Assembly (NCBI GenBank): GCA_965208675.1
Contig: OZ242351.1
Span: forward strand, 64,001 to 128,000
Direction of reading: 5' to 3'
From: Candidatus Poribacteria bacterium
GTDB lineage: Bacteria > Poribacteria > WGA-4E > PCPOR2b
DNA: 64,000 nucleotides
Shown: piece after piece, positions 1-10,701 of the stretch
How positions within the stretch are numbered: position 1 is the stretch's first letter
How the letters are laid out: the number at the start of each line of letters is the position of its first letter
Program-made: the position numbers and the translations under genes
The notes under the pieces: generated by a model
Database searches by the model: none
What the model was told of the DNA's origin: nothing
The model's input: only the letters and a program-made list of their open reading frames with translations

Positions 1-486
1 TATGATTCTGCAATTCAGCACGGCTACTTCCCTTCCACAACTTACGATATCTCAATGGCATCGTGGTTTAATATTCCTTGCGGAACCCTCAATTTACTTC
101 AGGCAGCAGCGATGCCGCAGCAGAGTTTTATCTCAAAACCTAATGCCGGAATCACCGATTTAGAATTGCTTCCCCTTTCGTTATTTCCTGACCTGTTTGA
201 ATTCGAACAGAATATTGAGAACGTGACATATCAGGATCAGGTGGAAAAGGGGTTGCTCAAGGTGACGGGCAAAGGTGAAAACTGGTTGCACTGCGAGGAC
301 GATGGGTTGAAGCAACATTTGACTGAAGTGGCACGCGCTGACTTCAATAGCGACGGTATTGAAGATATCCTGCTCTCTGAGGGCGTCTCTGCTACACAAG
401 GTTCATTCCGCAGCTACAAGATTACCATCTTAACTAGGAAATCAGTGGACGGAAAGTTCGAAAAGGTGCCATCGCACCAGCCCTAA
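1..486 (+). CDS. Hypothetical protein, 5'-partial (frame open to window start); FG-GAP-like DFNSDGIEDIL motif
   Basis: No stop in frame between positions 1 and 54 upstream of ORF 55..486; DxNxDGxxD motif. Confidence 0.6.
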   Translation, partial: YDSAIQHGYFPSTTYDISMASWFNIPCGTLNLLQAAAMPQQSFISKPNAGITDLELLPLSLFPDLFEFEQNIENVTYQDQVEKGLLKVTGKGENWLHCEDDGLKQHLTEVARADFNSDGIEDILLSEGVSATQGSFRSYKITILTRKSVDGKFEKVPSHQP

Positions 487-563
487 TTTAGCAAAACCAC
501 AAGTCATTTTTTGCACTGCGGCAGGTGCGGTTTCTTCGCCGAACTGGGATTCATTCGGTCCGC

Positions 564-586
564 CGGTGCGGTTGGAAACCACACCG
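564..586. repeat. REP-like palindrome family GGTGCGGTT(T/G)..AACCGCACC; related copies at 524, 15778-15796, 15817-15838, ~19965
   Basis: Imperfect palindromes seen in several intergenic gaps. Confidence 0.6.
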
Positions 587-663
587 ACCGAAACCAGTGA
601 AATTATGAATGGATCTGACTGTAGTCTTCCTTGATCGCGCATTGGGAGAAAAAAGGCAAATTT

Positions 664-3306
664 ATGACAGATATTCCAAGTGCTTACTCACCGCATGAAA
701 TCGAAAAGAAATGGTATACATTCTGGTTGAATAAAGGTTACTTTCGCGCCGCAGATAAATCGGATCGCCCGCCCTATTCAATCGTCATCCCGCCGCCAAA
801 CATCACCGGGAACCTCCACGTCGGCCATACGCTGAATAATTCATTGCAAGATGCGCTCATCCGCTGGCGTAAATTGCAGGGTTACAATACACTGTGGATG
901 CCGGGCGTTGACCACGCAGGCATCGGTACAGAGATAATCATGGAGCGAAAACTTGCCGAAACGGGAACGAGCCGGGATGCACTGGGGCGAGAAAAGTTTA
1001 CCGAACGGATGTGGAATTGGAAGGCGGAAACGCACTCAACTATCAGAGAGCAACTTGGACAGCTTGGTTGTGCTTGTGATTGGGCGCGGGAGCGGTTTAC
1101 GATGGATGAAGGACTCTCAAAAGCTGTCCGCACTGCGTTCGTCAAGTTGTATGACGACGGTCTCATTTATCTCAGTACGAACCTCACCAACTGGTGCCCG
1201 AATTGCCGCACTGGAATCTCCGATCTGGAAGTCAACCCTGTCGAAATTGACGGGAATCTCTACCACATCAACTATCCAATCGAAGGATCGGGCGAATTCC
1301 TTGAAATTGCGACTACCCGACCGGAAACGATGCTTGGCGATACAGCGGTTGCTGTGCATCCTGAAGACCATCGGTATCAGCATCTCATTGGCAAGACCGT
1401 GATACTCCCAATTCTTGAACGTAAACTGCCGGTCATCGCCGACGAATACGTGGACCGCGAATTCGGCGTCGGCGCGCTAAAAGTCACACCCGCACACGAT
1501 CCCAACGACTACGAAATTGGTCACCGACACAATCTGAAACAGATGAACATCCTCAATCCCGACGGCACACTGAACGAAAACGCCGGGCAAGCATACCGCG
1601 GCATGGATCGATTTGCCTGTCGAGAAAAACTTGTTGAGGATTTGGACGAACGCGGATACTTAATCAAGATTCTGCCGCATCGCCACACGGTAGGGCATCA
1701 CGAACGGTGCAATCAAATCATTGAACCGTACATTGCGCCGCAATGGTACCTGAACGTCAAGCCGATGGCAGAACGCGCCATTGAGGCCGTCCGGAAAGGC
1801 GAAATCGTCATTCTTCCGAAACGTGAAGAAAAACGCTTCTTTCAGTGGATGGAAGACATCGAGCCGTGGCCGATTTCACGTCAGCGTTGGTGGGGGCATC
1901 TCTTACCGATGTGGCACTGCCATGATTGCGGTGAGATTACTGTAGCCATTAATACTCCGCACTGTTGCCCTCATTGCGGTTCAGAAAACTTTAGTCAGAG
2001 CGAGGAAGTGCTAGACACTTGGTTCAGTTCAGCGCTCTGGCCATTTTCCACAATGGGATGGCCAGATGAAACTCCCCTCCTGGATACATTTTATCCAACT
2101 TCCGTACTGGTTACCGGCTGGGACATCCTCTTCTTCTGGGTTTCGCGCATGACGATGTTTGGTCTACAGTTTATGGATGAGGTGCCGTTCCGCCACGTCT
2201 ACCTTCACGCATTAGTCGCCGATGAACAAGGACAAAAACAGAGTAAATCGAAGGGCAACGCCATAGATCCCGTGCCAACGATTCAAGAGTACGGGGCAGA
2301 CGGTTTTCGGTTCGCGCTCAGCTATTCAAACGTACCTAATCCTTATATCGCTTTAGGGCAACCTCAGATTGAAGCGGGGAAACGGTTCGCAAACAAGATT
2401 TGGAATGCTTCTCGATTTCTACTAATGAATCTTGATGACTATGACAGTTTTGAGCCCGTTGGCGGCAATTTTCTCCTTTGCGACCGATGGATTCGTAGTC
2501 GGTTTAATCACACCGTAAACGATGTTACAGCCGCCTTCGAAGAGTACCGATTCAGCGATGCGGCGCACGCACTGTATGAATTTTTGTGGCACGAATTCTG
2601 TGATTGGTATATCGAAATCATCAAGCAACGGTTGTATTACATGGACCAACCCGATGCGAAACACACGGCGCAAACTGTCGCCGCCCAAATCCTCGAAAGT
2701 ACGATGCGCCTGCTCCACCCCATGATGCCGTTCATCACTGAAGAAATTTGGCAGCAACTCCCCCATCAGGGAAAGAGCATTTTAGACGCCAGTTGGCCAA
2801 CGCCCGATGCCGCGCTGGATGATTTAGAGTCTGAAAATGCCATGAAAACCATCATGAGTGTTATCGACAGTATTCGCAGCATCCGTGGTGAAATGAATGT
2901 CCCGCCAGCCAGCGAAATCGAGGTGCTGATTCAAGCTCCGGACGCTGATACTCGCGAACTCCTAACGAATCACCTGGAAGAATATCTTCCGGCGTTCACA
3001 CGATTCTCAAGAATCTCTACCGCGGCGCACCAATCGAAACCTGATGCCGCCGCCGCCGCGGTGATTGGCGAGATTGTGGTTTATATCCCGCTTGCGGGAC
3101 TAATTGACATTGAGAAGGAAAAAACGCGTTTACAAAAACGGATGGACAAGGTAATTAAGGATTTAGACAGCACCCAGAAAACACTCGACAATCCGAACTT
3201 CATTGAACGGGCACCGGAGGCAGTTGTCGAACAGAGGCGCGCTCGATTTGAGGCGCTTGAATCGGAGAAGGAGAAGTTAGATGCGAATCTGCGGATGTTG
3301 GCGTGA
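664..3306 (+). CDS. valS: Valine--tRNA ligase
   Basis: PPPNITGNLHVGH (HIGH), DHAGI, ATTRPETMLGD, LDTWFSSALWPF, KQSKS (KMSKS variant), C-terminal coiled coil; ATG at 664 preferred over TTG 631. Confidence 0.97.
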   Translation: MTDIPSAYSPHEIEKKWYTFWLNKGYFRAADKSDRPPYSIVIPPPNITGNLHVGHTLNNSLQDALIRWRKLQGYNTLWMPGVDHAGIGTEIIMERKLAETGTSRDALGREKFTERMWNWKAETHSTIREQLGQLGCACDWARERFTMDEGLSKAVRTAFVKLYDDGLIYLSTNLTNWCPNCRTGISDLEVNPVEIDGNLYHINYPIEGSGEFLEIATTRPETMLGDTAVAVHPEDHRYQHLIGKTVILPILERKLPVIADEYVDREFGVGALKVTPAHDPNDYEIGHRHNLKQMNILNPDGTLNENAGQAYRGMDRFACREKLVEDLDERGYLIKILPHRHTVGHHERCNQIIEPYIAPQWYLNVKPMAERAIEAVRKGEIVILPKREEKRFFQWMEDIEPWPISRQRWWGHLLPMWHCHDCGEITVAINTPHCCPHCGSENFSQSEEVLDTWFSSALWPFSTMGWPDETPLLDTFYPTSVLVTGWDILFFWVSRMTMFGLQFMDEVPFRHVYLHALVADEQGQKQSKSKGNAIDPVPTIQEYGADGFRFALSYSNVPNPYIALGQPQIEAGKRFANKIWNASRFLLMNLDDYDSFEPVGGNFLLCDRWIRSRFNHTVNDVTAAFEEYRFSDAAHALYEFLWHEFCDWYIEIIKQRLYYMDQPDAKHTAQTVAAQILESTMRLLHPMMPFITEEIWQQLPHQGKSILDASWPTPDAALDDLESENAMKTIMSVIDSIRSIRGEMNVPPASEIEVLIQAPDADTRELLTNHLEEYLPAFTRFSRISTAAHQSKPDAAAAAVIGEIVVYIPLAGLIDIEKEKTRLQKRMDKVIKDLDSTQKTLDNPNFIERAPEAVVEQRRARFEALESEKEKLDANLRMLA

Positions 3307-3405
3307 ATTGTGAAGGGAAGCTTGGCGTGGTATGAATGGGAATACTGAGCGGCAGGATTTAGGAGCCGTTGTGAACTTCTCTACGCTACTCTTCAATGTT
3401 AACGG

Positions 3406-4866
3406 TTATCTCTGTTGAGGCTGGGTACGCTTGTTCGGCAGGGCGAGCCGCGGGTGCCGCCCCAACTTTTTCAGTAGTGTATCAACTTCTTTGCCGTATG
3501 TATTGAAAGGATCCTGCATTTCAAATGGGTCTTCATGAGTAAAGTAAATTTGATGCCAATCAACAATGCAAGGCAAGCGATTTTGGGATAGATAACGCAT
3601 CACCTGCGTTCGTGCTTTTGCTCTTGTGTCCTCGGGGGCATTCTGGATTGCTATATTAAGTTGCTGATCGCTTGTTACCCTCCTGGCATGACCTTGATTC
3701 TCCAATTCGTAATAAAGTCCCTTTTCCGGATGCATGTGGTGATACTGAAGATCGAGGCTCTCAAGCCATGGATCGTCCCAATCCAATCCTTCCTCCGCCA
3801 TGAAGGTTTCAAGCAGCCACTTTTTTGCTACCCAATCCACCCGATCAGTTAAACGCTCCCAATCCGTTTCTAAGTCGTCCAAGACACATTCCCATTCGGT
3901 CAAAACCCAATCAGTGTCTTCATCCCGACCCTTTAGTAACTTCTGCGCCAGATTTAGGTACTCTCGCTGCAGATCGACGGCGGAGATAGTTCCTCCCGAA
4001 TCTAACTCGACCATCCACTTAAACGTCTGATCTCGCGAAATCTGTTTTATGGCTTGAACCGGATTAAGAAGGCTCAAATCGCGGGGACGATGCCCTTCTT
4101 CAATCAGATCAAGGATTAAAGACGTCGTGCCGACCTTCAAGGCAGTTACGTATTCAGACATGTTGGAATCACCAACGAGCAGATGGAGACGTCGATATTT
4201 GGTGTGGTCGCCTAGCGGTTCATCTCGAGTGTTGATGATTGCACGGCTAAACTGGATCCATTCATAAATTTCTGTGACGATGTGATCTGCACGTTGAGAA
4301 ATTTGGAAACCTACAAAGTCGTCGCGGCGGCAATGGGCATCTCCAAACTCAAGAATCTCTTCGTGTCCGCCCACGCGACCTGCGCCCGCAAAAATCTGCC
4401 GTGTAACAAAAAAGGGCATCAATGTCGGAATTACAACCTTGTAGAAAGGAATATCCCGCCGGAGTTGGTAATTTTCATGGCATCCGAATGTCGCCCCGGT
4501 GAGGTGATCCACGTTATTCTTGAAAAAAGAAACTTCTTCACCTAACCCAATGTCGTTTAGAACGTCAGCGAGCAACCGTTCAATAGATTTATCGTAAGCG
4601 AGAAGATCGAAGAGCTTAACGCATTCCGGCGTTGCATATTCCAGATGACCCATATCAATATACAGCCGCCCTCCATTGAACAGGAAACCGCCGTTGCCCG
4701 GCGGTTCGCCCCAGTCACGATAGTGCATGTCAGAGATACCGAGTTTTAACTCGTGGAAAACATAATCTCTGACTCTGGCAGCGACCCCTTCAGGCGTGCC
4801 AAAGGATTGGTCGATGTTCGCCAAACATCCATATTCCGTTTCAATTCCAAATATGCGTCTACTCAC
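3406..4866 (-). CDS. pafA: Pup/UBact--protein ligase (PafA family)
   Basis: GIETEYG, NGGRLYIDMGHLEYATPEC, KNNVD..GCHENY, RAIINTRDEP, RRLHLLVGDSNMSE; lacks the Dop loop. Confidence 0.9.
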   Translation of the reverse strand: MSRRIFGIETEYGCLANIDQSFGTPEGVAARVRDYVFHELKLGISDMHYRDWGEPPGNGGFLFNGGRLYIDMGHLEYATPECVKLFDLLAYDKSIERLLADVLNDIGLGEEVSFFKNNVDHLTGATFGCHENYQLRRDIPFYKVVIPTLMPFFVTRQIFAGAGRVGGHEEILEFGDAHCRRDDFVGFQISQRADHIVTEIYEWIQFSRAIINTRDEPLGDHTKYRRLHLLVGDSNMSEYVTALKVGTTSLILDLIEEGHRPRDLSLLNPVQAIKQISRDQTFKWMVELDSGGTISAVDLQREYLNLAQKLLKGRDEDTDWVLTEWECVLDDLETDWERLTDRVDWVAKKWLLETFMAEEGLDWDDPWLESLDLQYHHMHPEKGLYYELENQGHARRVTSDQQLNIAIQNAPEDTRAKARTQVMRYLSQNRLPCIVDWHQIYFTHEDPFEMQDPFNTYGKEVDTLLKKLGRHPRLALPNKRTQPQQR

Positions 4867-4885
4867 AACATCCCCTCACAGCGGG

Positions 4886-5734
4886 CTAAAGCCAATCTGC
4901 AATAGCTGCATCAATCTCTTCCGCAGAAATCGATCGAAATTTGCTATTGCTTCGGCGGGATTCCTGCAAGACACCTACATTAATCTGCCCTAGATTCAAC
5001 TCTTTTTTGAGCACGCCGTGTATGTGCTCTCTGTCCATATTAATTTTACCGGAATTCTCCTCGTCGCAGCGGCTGTTACTATCCTCAGCTTGTCCCGAAT
5101 CTTCCGTCCCGATATAGTTCGAATTTTCACCGTTCGGGCTTACATCCCAACCCACTGCCCACGCTTCTAGACCCAATCGCAACGCGGACGTAAACGAAAG
5201 GCCGGCTGAATTCGAGTTTGATAAGTAATTTTTCATCGCCGTTTCAACTTCCTCTGTGCCGCCAATAACTTCCGCCGACTGATTTGGCCGAGTTGTGCCA
5301 TCGTAGTTTAGCGCAACGAATTGATGTCCTTGTCCATGGCTGCCCAGTTCAGCCAGCAACATTTTTATGATATAAGCGGATGCAAAAACGGCTTCAAAGG
5401 CCTGTTTTATAGTAGGTCCCAGTACAAAATTTGAGAGTCGGTGCAGAGTGACATCATCCACCGAACTTTGAAATCCTTGTACTGATGCTGTATCTGTTGC
5501 CAGCATGCGCAATCGTTCAATATCTGCCGTGTGTCCAATAGCAGACAGCGCAAGGCGGTCGTGGACTTCGAAGATTTTGCGCTGACCGCGCCCGATTGTC
5601 AAAAGCAACATACCCTCATCGTAGCTTAATCCAATTACAGGGCTTCCCATTCGAAGTTGGTCTTCAATGTAGTCGCGCCGATTGTTGATTGCTTCAATCC
5701 AGCGATATGGCTCATCCAACATGGTCTGTCTCAA
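4886..5734 (-). CDS. prcA: 20S proteasome alpha subunit
   Basis: EPYRWIEAINNRRDYI..GSPVI, KIFEVHDR; adjacent to the beta subunit. Confidence 0.85.
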   Translation of the reverse strand: MRQTMLDEPYRWIEAINNRRDYIEDQLRMGSPVIGLSYDEGMLLLTIGRGQRKIFEVHDRLALSAIGHTADIERLRMLATDTASVQGFQSSVDDVTLHRLSNFVLGPTIKQAFEAVFASAYIIKMLLAELGSHGQGHQFVALNYDGTTRPNQSAEVIGGTEEVETAMKNYLSNSNSAGLSFTSALRLGLEAWAVGWDVSPNGENSNYIGTEDSGQAEDSNSRCDEENSGKINMDREHIHGVLKKELNLGQINVGVLQESRRSNSKFRSISAEEIDAAIADWL

Positions 5735-6518
5735 CGGATTGACTATAGATTTGGCTCAATTGTTCAACCGAAAGATCGCGAATCCCGTCTTTGGTAATAG
5801 TTTTAACAGTTGGGAAAATTTTCGATTTTGGATTGTATCCGCTTGTCGCGGAATCATATTCCGAAGCAGCATCAAGAAGTCTTAAGATATTGATTGTAGC
5901 CTGACGCTCGTCCATTTCGATAAGACGAATATCTCCCCAGCGATTCACATGGTACAACACACCCCGAATCCACACGGAACCAGAACCGGACGTTGCAAAA
6001 TCTGCGCTTTCAAAGTGAGCACCGAGCGCATCGTAAAAAAAGATTTGCCCCCCGTTTGTACCTCCGCTCTGCAGATTATAGACGGCGAAGATTGGAATTA
6101 CGCCTCCAATGCCTTGCAACGCCATTGGCAAATTCTCGCGAATCAGGCGGGAGAGCATTCGAAGCTTACCCTCAATGCTCAACTCTTGAAGCTGGCTGCG
6201 GCGAAAATACTGGAACGAATGTTCTAACACACGCGCCATTTCATAAGCCACAGCAGGCGCTCCCGAGATGGCTAAAACGGAAAATTCATCGATTTGCAGG
6301 ACTTTTTCCGCGCGATCATAAATGACCGCTGTGCCCGCGGTCGCACGTCGATCGCCGCCGATGATGACACCGTCCTTGTACCGCGTCGCGACTACTGTTG
6401 TACCTTCTGTCCATTCGGGGTGATTCGAAGGGGTGTTTATAAATCCGGCAGGCGGATCAATCTGAATCTGGCAGTCATGTGCTTTCAAGAGATCAAGAAA
6501 ATCACCCTTATACTCCAT
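5712..6518 (-). CDS. prcB: 20S proteasome beta subunit (39-aa propeptide, G|TT nucleophile)
   Basis: EG-TTVVA..GVIIGGDRRATAG, SGSGS, DSATSG. Confidence 0.93.
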   Translation of the reverse strand: MEYKGDFLDLLKAHDCQIQIDPPAGFINTPSNHPEWTEGTTVVATRYKDGVIIGGDRRATAGTAVIYDRAEKVLQIDEFSVLAISGAPAVAYEMARVLEHSFQYFRRSQLQELSIEGKLRMLSRLIRENLPMALQGIGGVIPIFAVYNLQSGGTNGGQIFFYDALGAHFESADFATSGSGSVWIRGVLYHVNRWGDIRLIEMDERQATINILRLLDAASEYDSATSGYNPKSKIFPTVKTITKDGIRDLSVEQLSQIYSQSVETDHVG

Positions 6519-6520
6519 GC

Positions 6521-6721
6521 CTATTCACCTGTTCGCTGACGATAACGCCGCGATTGATCTTTATCAACGCGCTTCATCCGGCGGAGCAACTCTTTTGTGT
6601 CTGGCTTATTGACATCCGGACGTTTCGGCCCCTCATCTTCACCATCGCCGCCGCCGCTATCAAGCGGCTTTGTGGGCCTCCGGATGCGGTCTCGAAAAAG
6701 GGCAATATCATATGTAGTCAT
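6521..6721 (-). CDS. ubact: Ubiquitin-like (Pup-analogous) protein UBact, 66 aa
   Basis: ELLRRMKRVDKDQSRRYRQRTGE C-terminus (R[T/S]G[E/Q]); CAGGAGG RBS before ATG 6721; directly upstream of prcB. Confidence 0.9.
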   Translation of the reverse strand: MTTYDIALFRDRIRRPTKPLDSGGGDGEDEGPKRPDVNKPDTKELLRRMKRVDKDQSRRYRQRTGE

Positions 6722-7187
6722 GCGTATTACCTCCTGTAAGGAAATTGATGGATTTGGCAACCCCGACAGTCATCCTATATATCTTCTAGGTTACGATTTT
6801 ATCTGAATTTTACAAGTCAGCTACTCAATTGCAACGAGAATATTGACTTTGTAAAACTAGGGGGTGTTGACATTTGGCATCCCGTAGGTTGAATTGAACG
6901 GTTAAACGGCAGTCTTTATCAAGTACAAAGGAATCTTTTGTAACACAATCTGTTAGATTGTGATCCGAGCCCGCAAATTAACAGTTTGCGCTACTTATAT
7001 CAGATTATCCAATGGTGACAACGTTTGCCGAATCAGTAGCCTCGAAATGTCAACAGAACCTAGTATAATTAACTTTCGGTATATACAATTCAACTTGGGA
7101 AAACGAATTTTGCATTCGTTATACACGTGATACACCCGTTGTGCTACCCACGTTGAAAAATCTCTTGCTGCGGCAGCCTGCCTCTCC

Positions 7188-8708
7188 CTACGCCTTACAC
7201 AAGCCCAGATTCTCACGTAACGCTTCAACTGTTTGAGACTTGTTTAGAATACGGTTATATTTTTCTGAAATTTCTGGACTGGCAAGTTGGTTCATGTTCA
7301 CCGTAAACGGTTGCCCTTTGGAGTTGAATGTGATACTGTCCCATTGCACAGATTTGACTTGAGAACGAAATTTATGCAGCGATTTACCTCTAAAATATGC
7401 GCGAGTGTCCGCCGGCGGATTCTGAATTGCTTCTTCAATCTGTTGATCGGTAACGACGCGCTGCATTAATCCTTGGGCTTCCAATCCATAATATAACCCT
7501 GCGTCGCAATCAATGTTGTGATACTCCAGGTCAAGGCTCTGTAACCACGTATCGTCCCAACCAAGATTCTCTTCATCAATAAAGGTATCTAGCAGCCACT
7601 TTTTGGCGACCCAGTCGAGCTGGCTTCTCAGCTTCATCGGTTCTTTATCAAGCGAATTTAGAACGGATTCCCATTCGACTAGTACCCAATCCGTTTCATC
7701 GTTTTTTGCATTAAGATGTTTTTGGGCTAATGCGAGATATTCCCGCTGAAGATTTACCGCCGAAATTGTCTTACCGTTATTCAACTTCAACATCCATTCA
7801 TAAGTCTGATCGCGGGAAATTTCTTTAATTGTGTGAGTCGGCCGGTGGACTCTAAAATCGTCTGGGATTCGATTCTCCTCAATTAAATCTATGACTAGCG
7901 TCGTCGTGCCAACCTTTAGCGCCGTAGCATACTCTGACATATTCGCATCACCGACAATGCCGTGCAAGCGGCGAAATTTTGTGGGATCAGCATGTGGTTC
8001 GTCCCGCGTATTCACAATTGGGCGGTTGTGCATCGTATCAACGCTCGCTTCAACATGAAAAAAATCTGAGCGCTGCGCGAGTTGAAATAACCCCGCTGAA
8101 TTCAGGCCCGACTCAGTTTCGATGCCTACCTTCCCGGCGCCTGCAAAAATTTGCCGCGTAATCAAAAACGGCATGATACTCTCTTTGAGATATTCAAAAG
8201 GGATGTCACGCCGCATTAGGTAATTGTCATGACAGCCGTAACTGTGTCCGTGAAAATCCGTGTTGTTTTTATATAGGATTACCCGCTTGCCTAATTCTTG
8301 ACTCCGTCTCGCCGCGCATCGTTGAAGTATCCGCTCGCCGCCCTTATCATGGGCTACTAGCTGAAAAAGACTGCGGCATTCAGCCGTAGAGTATTCAGGA
8401 TGTGCATGGTCGTTGTATAGACGAGCACCGTTGTTTAGAATTAAATCGCTTTTGATTTCAAGTGCAGACAGATTGCGATGCCGGTCTGCTGCCTGGTGAG
8501 TCCGCTCATCTGGGTGTTCCTCCAATGTCTTTGCCCGGAAGCCGCGCACATCTTGTAACGGGTCCTCGCCGCTGTAATCCCACATCGGATAAAAATCGCC
8601 GTGTCTATAACTCTTGATTAATTCGATGGATTGTTGGACTGGATCGATGTTCTCCTCGCCTTCAATTGTAATGCCGTATTCCGTTTCGATTCCCAAGAGT
8701 CTTTGCAT
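7188..8708 (-). CDS. dop: Dop-family deamidase/depupylase
   Basis: MQRLLGIETEYG start at 8708, Dop loop WDYSGEDPLQDVRGF, NGARLYNDHAHPEYS. Confidence 0.9.
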   Translation of the reverse strand: MQRLLGIETEYGITIEGEENIDPVQQSIELIKSYRHGDFYPMWDYSGEDPLQDVRGFRAKTLEEHPDERTHQAADRHRNLSALEIKSDLILNNGARLYNDHAHPEYSTAECRSLFQLVAHDKGGERILQRCAARRSQELGKRVILYKNNTDFHGHSYGCHDNYLMRRDIPFEYLKESIMPFLITRQIFAGAGKVGIETESGLNSAGLFQLAQRSDFFHVEASVDTMHNRPIVNTRDEPHADPTKFRRLHGIVGDANMSEYATALKVGTTTLVIDLIEENRIPDDFRVHRPTHTIKEISRDQTYEWMLKLNNGKTISAVNLQREYLALAQKHLNAKNDETDWVLVEWESVLNSLDKEPMKLRSQLDWVAKKWLLDTFIDEENLGWDDTWLQSLDLEYHNIDCDAGLYYGLEAQGLMQRVVTDQQIEEAIQNPPADTRAYFRGKSLHKFRSQVKSVQWDSITFNSKGQPFTVNMNQLASPEISEKYNRILNKSQTVEALRENLGLCKA

Positions 8709-8910
8709 AATTATTAGAATGCGTCGTGCTGAGTCCTCCACCTTACGAAGGGGGAGTTGGAGGGGGTGAAAACACAGTTGCAGCAATTCCACCGGGATGC
8801 CCAATCGTAGGGGTTGGGTCTCCCTATCCACTATTCCGAGTTTCCTTCCCCTAGCGAAGGGGACGTTAGCGGGGGCATAATCACGTTTACGGACAGATTC
8901 GCACCGATTT

Positions 8911-10701
8911 CTAGATTACCTGAGTCACGGCAGTTTTTCTGCGGGTTGATTTGTCAGGGCGAAATGGGGTTACCTTGACAACATTCTCAGGATCATAATC
9001 GAGCAGTTTCAGCCAATCTTCCACACTATCTGTCGCCGGGAAAATTTCATTTTCGCGGTATTCTGCCGCAACTGCATCTAGAAGATCGCCTGCACGAATG
9101 CCGATTCCATCCTCGCCAGGGGCATCACTTTCTTTAATATGTTCGCTGCGTTCAATTGCCCTTTTGATTGCGGATTCTTTGGCACGTTGAATAATGGAAG
9201 CAATAATCGCACCATTACAAAGATCGCCCCGATACAACGTATCACGACGACCGCTTTGCAAAACAACCTCTAAGAACTTGTTACCTTCTGTGCGCTGAAA
9301 CAGTTCGCTGCAGACCAAATCAATGAGGTGCGAAACAGCGTCTTCTGAATTGCCGTTGTGATTTTCTAGCATTTCAGGATTGATAGGCAAATCTGATGTG
9401 AGATAAATGCGGGCGATTTCCGCCGCCCCTTCTTTATCCGGCCGCCTGACCTTTATCTTTCGGTCAATGCGTCCAGGACGCAAAATCGCAGGATCGATGA
9501 GATCCGGGCGGTTCGTTGCGAGAATTATCACGACGTCTTTCAGCGACTCGAGACCGTCCATTTCGGCACAAAACATCGGTACAACCGTGTTTGAAATGTT
9601 ATGGGAGCGGAAGGATCGGCGTGTTCCTAGGATAGACTCTGCTTCGTCAATAAAAACAAACGGTAGGAAACCCTCGTGTCGCTTTTCACGCGCAATCTGG
9701 AAGATTTCACGCACCTTGCGTTCCGATTCACCAAGCCACATGTTTAAAATTTCCGGCCCCTTGATGTGGAGGAAACACCCTGTGACGTCAGTTCCGGTCT
9801 CCTTTCTCATGCGCTGGGTCAGATTGTAGGCAGTGGCTTTGCCAATGAGTGTCTTGCCGCAACCGGGAGGACCATACAACAGAAAGCCCTTGGGAGGCGC
9901 ATATTGAAAGCGATTAAAGAGATCAGGGTAGAGAATCGGAAGCTCAATGGTATCTTTAATCAGTTGAATGGTATCATTCAATCCTCCAATTTTTGTCCAA
10001 GGCACCTGTGGCACGTCTTCGAGGAAGTAATCTTTCACTTCTTTAACTTCTAGTCGTTCAAGCGCAACTCTAAAGTTTGAATCAATACGAATTTCTTCGT
10101 TCGCTTTGAGTTTTGCGTTGGCGAGATCGGTCGACCGGTTTAATACAACCGCCTGCAATCCATGTTCCTGCCCAACCCGCAGTCGACCGTCAGGCATCAC
10201 ATCAACAATCTTACCAGTTGGTCCGGACTGGTTGTAACCTAGCTCGCCAACTACGACATACGCCTCGTTAAGCAGTACACTGAAACCGATTTTCAGAGAC
10301 GAGGGATCCATTTGTGGATGAAGGTTTGCAAAATACTCTGAACCGCCTACAATCACATGGGCAACATCTTTTTTCGGCAAACCTAGCAGTGTCCCAATTC
10401 GATTTGCGGGGGCCGTGAGTTTTTCAACGACCTGCTGCATTTCGACAATTGTCTGTCTCGCCTCTTGAAACGTCATTTCATCTTCTAAGATGGCACGCCG
10501 CAGTTCATACAGAAGCGGGCGAATGCCGTCGTCTTCGGGGGTTGCGAAGATGAGTTGGTCGACTAACATCAGAGAGCGAGGTAATCCTGCAGTATCCTCA
10601 TCGTCTTCCCCTATCTCTTCTTCAAAGTCCTCATTGTCGAATAATCGTATGCGCTCCTCGGATTTTTTCTCATGCCGGTTAACATCTTTTTTGTTTTGCA
10701 T
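8911..10701 (-). CDS. arc: Proteasomal AAA+ ATPase (ARC/Mpa family)
   Basis: Coiled coil, EKLTAPAN, OB region, Walker A GPPGCGKT, IKGPEILNMWLGESER, Walker B VFIDEAE, ATNRPDLIDPAILRPGRID. Confidence 0.92.
   Translation of the reverse strand: MQNKKDVNRHEKKSEERIRLFDNEDFEEEIGEDDEDTAGLPRSLMLVDQLIFATPEDDGIRPLLYELRRAILEDEMTFQEARQTIVEMQQVVEKLTAPANRIGTLLGLPKKDVAHVIVGGSEYFANLHPQMDPSSLKIGFSVLLNEAYVVVGELGYNQSGPTGKIVDVMPDGRLRVGQEHGLQAVVLNRSTDLANAKLKANEEIRIDSNFRVALERLEVKEVKDYFLEDVPQVPWTKIGGLNDTIQLIKDTIELPILYPDLFNRFQYAPPKGFLLYGPPGCGKTLIGKATAYNLTQRMRKETGTDVTGCFLHIKGPEILNMWLGESERKVREIFQIAREKRHEGFLPFVFIDEAESILGTRRSFRSHNISNTVVPMFCAEMDGLESLKDVVIILATNRPDLIDPAILRPGRIDRKIKVRRPDKEGAAEIARIYLTSDLPINPEMLENHNGNSEDAVSHLIDLVCSELFQRTEGNKFLEVVLQSGRRDTLYRGDLCNGAIIASIIQRAKESAIKRAIERSEHIKESDAPGEDGIGIRAGDLLDAVAAEYRENEIFPATDSVEDWLKLLDYDPENVVKVTPFRPDKSTRRKTAVTQVI

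Noticed and set aside
6521-6760. Calling the modifier Pup, or using the 79-aa start
   Set aside because: C-terminus RTGE is UBact-type; the strong RBS supports ATG 6721
8709-8831. N-terminal extension of Dop
   Set aside because: Overlaps REP hairpins; family start MQRLLGIETEYG is at 8708
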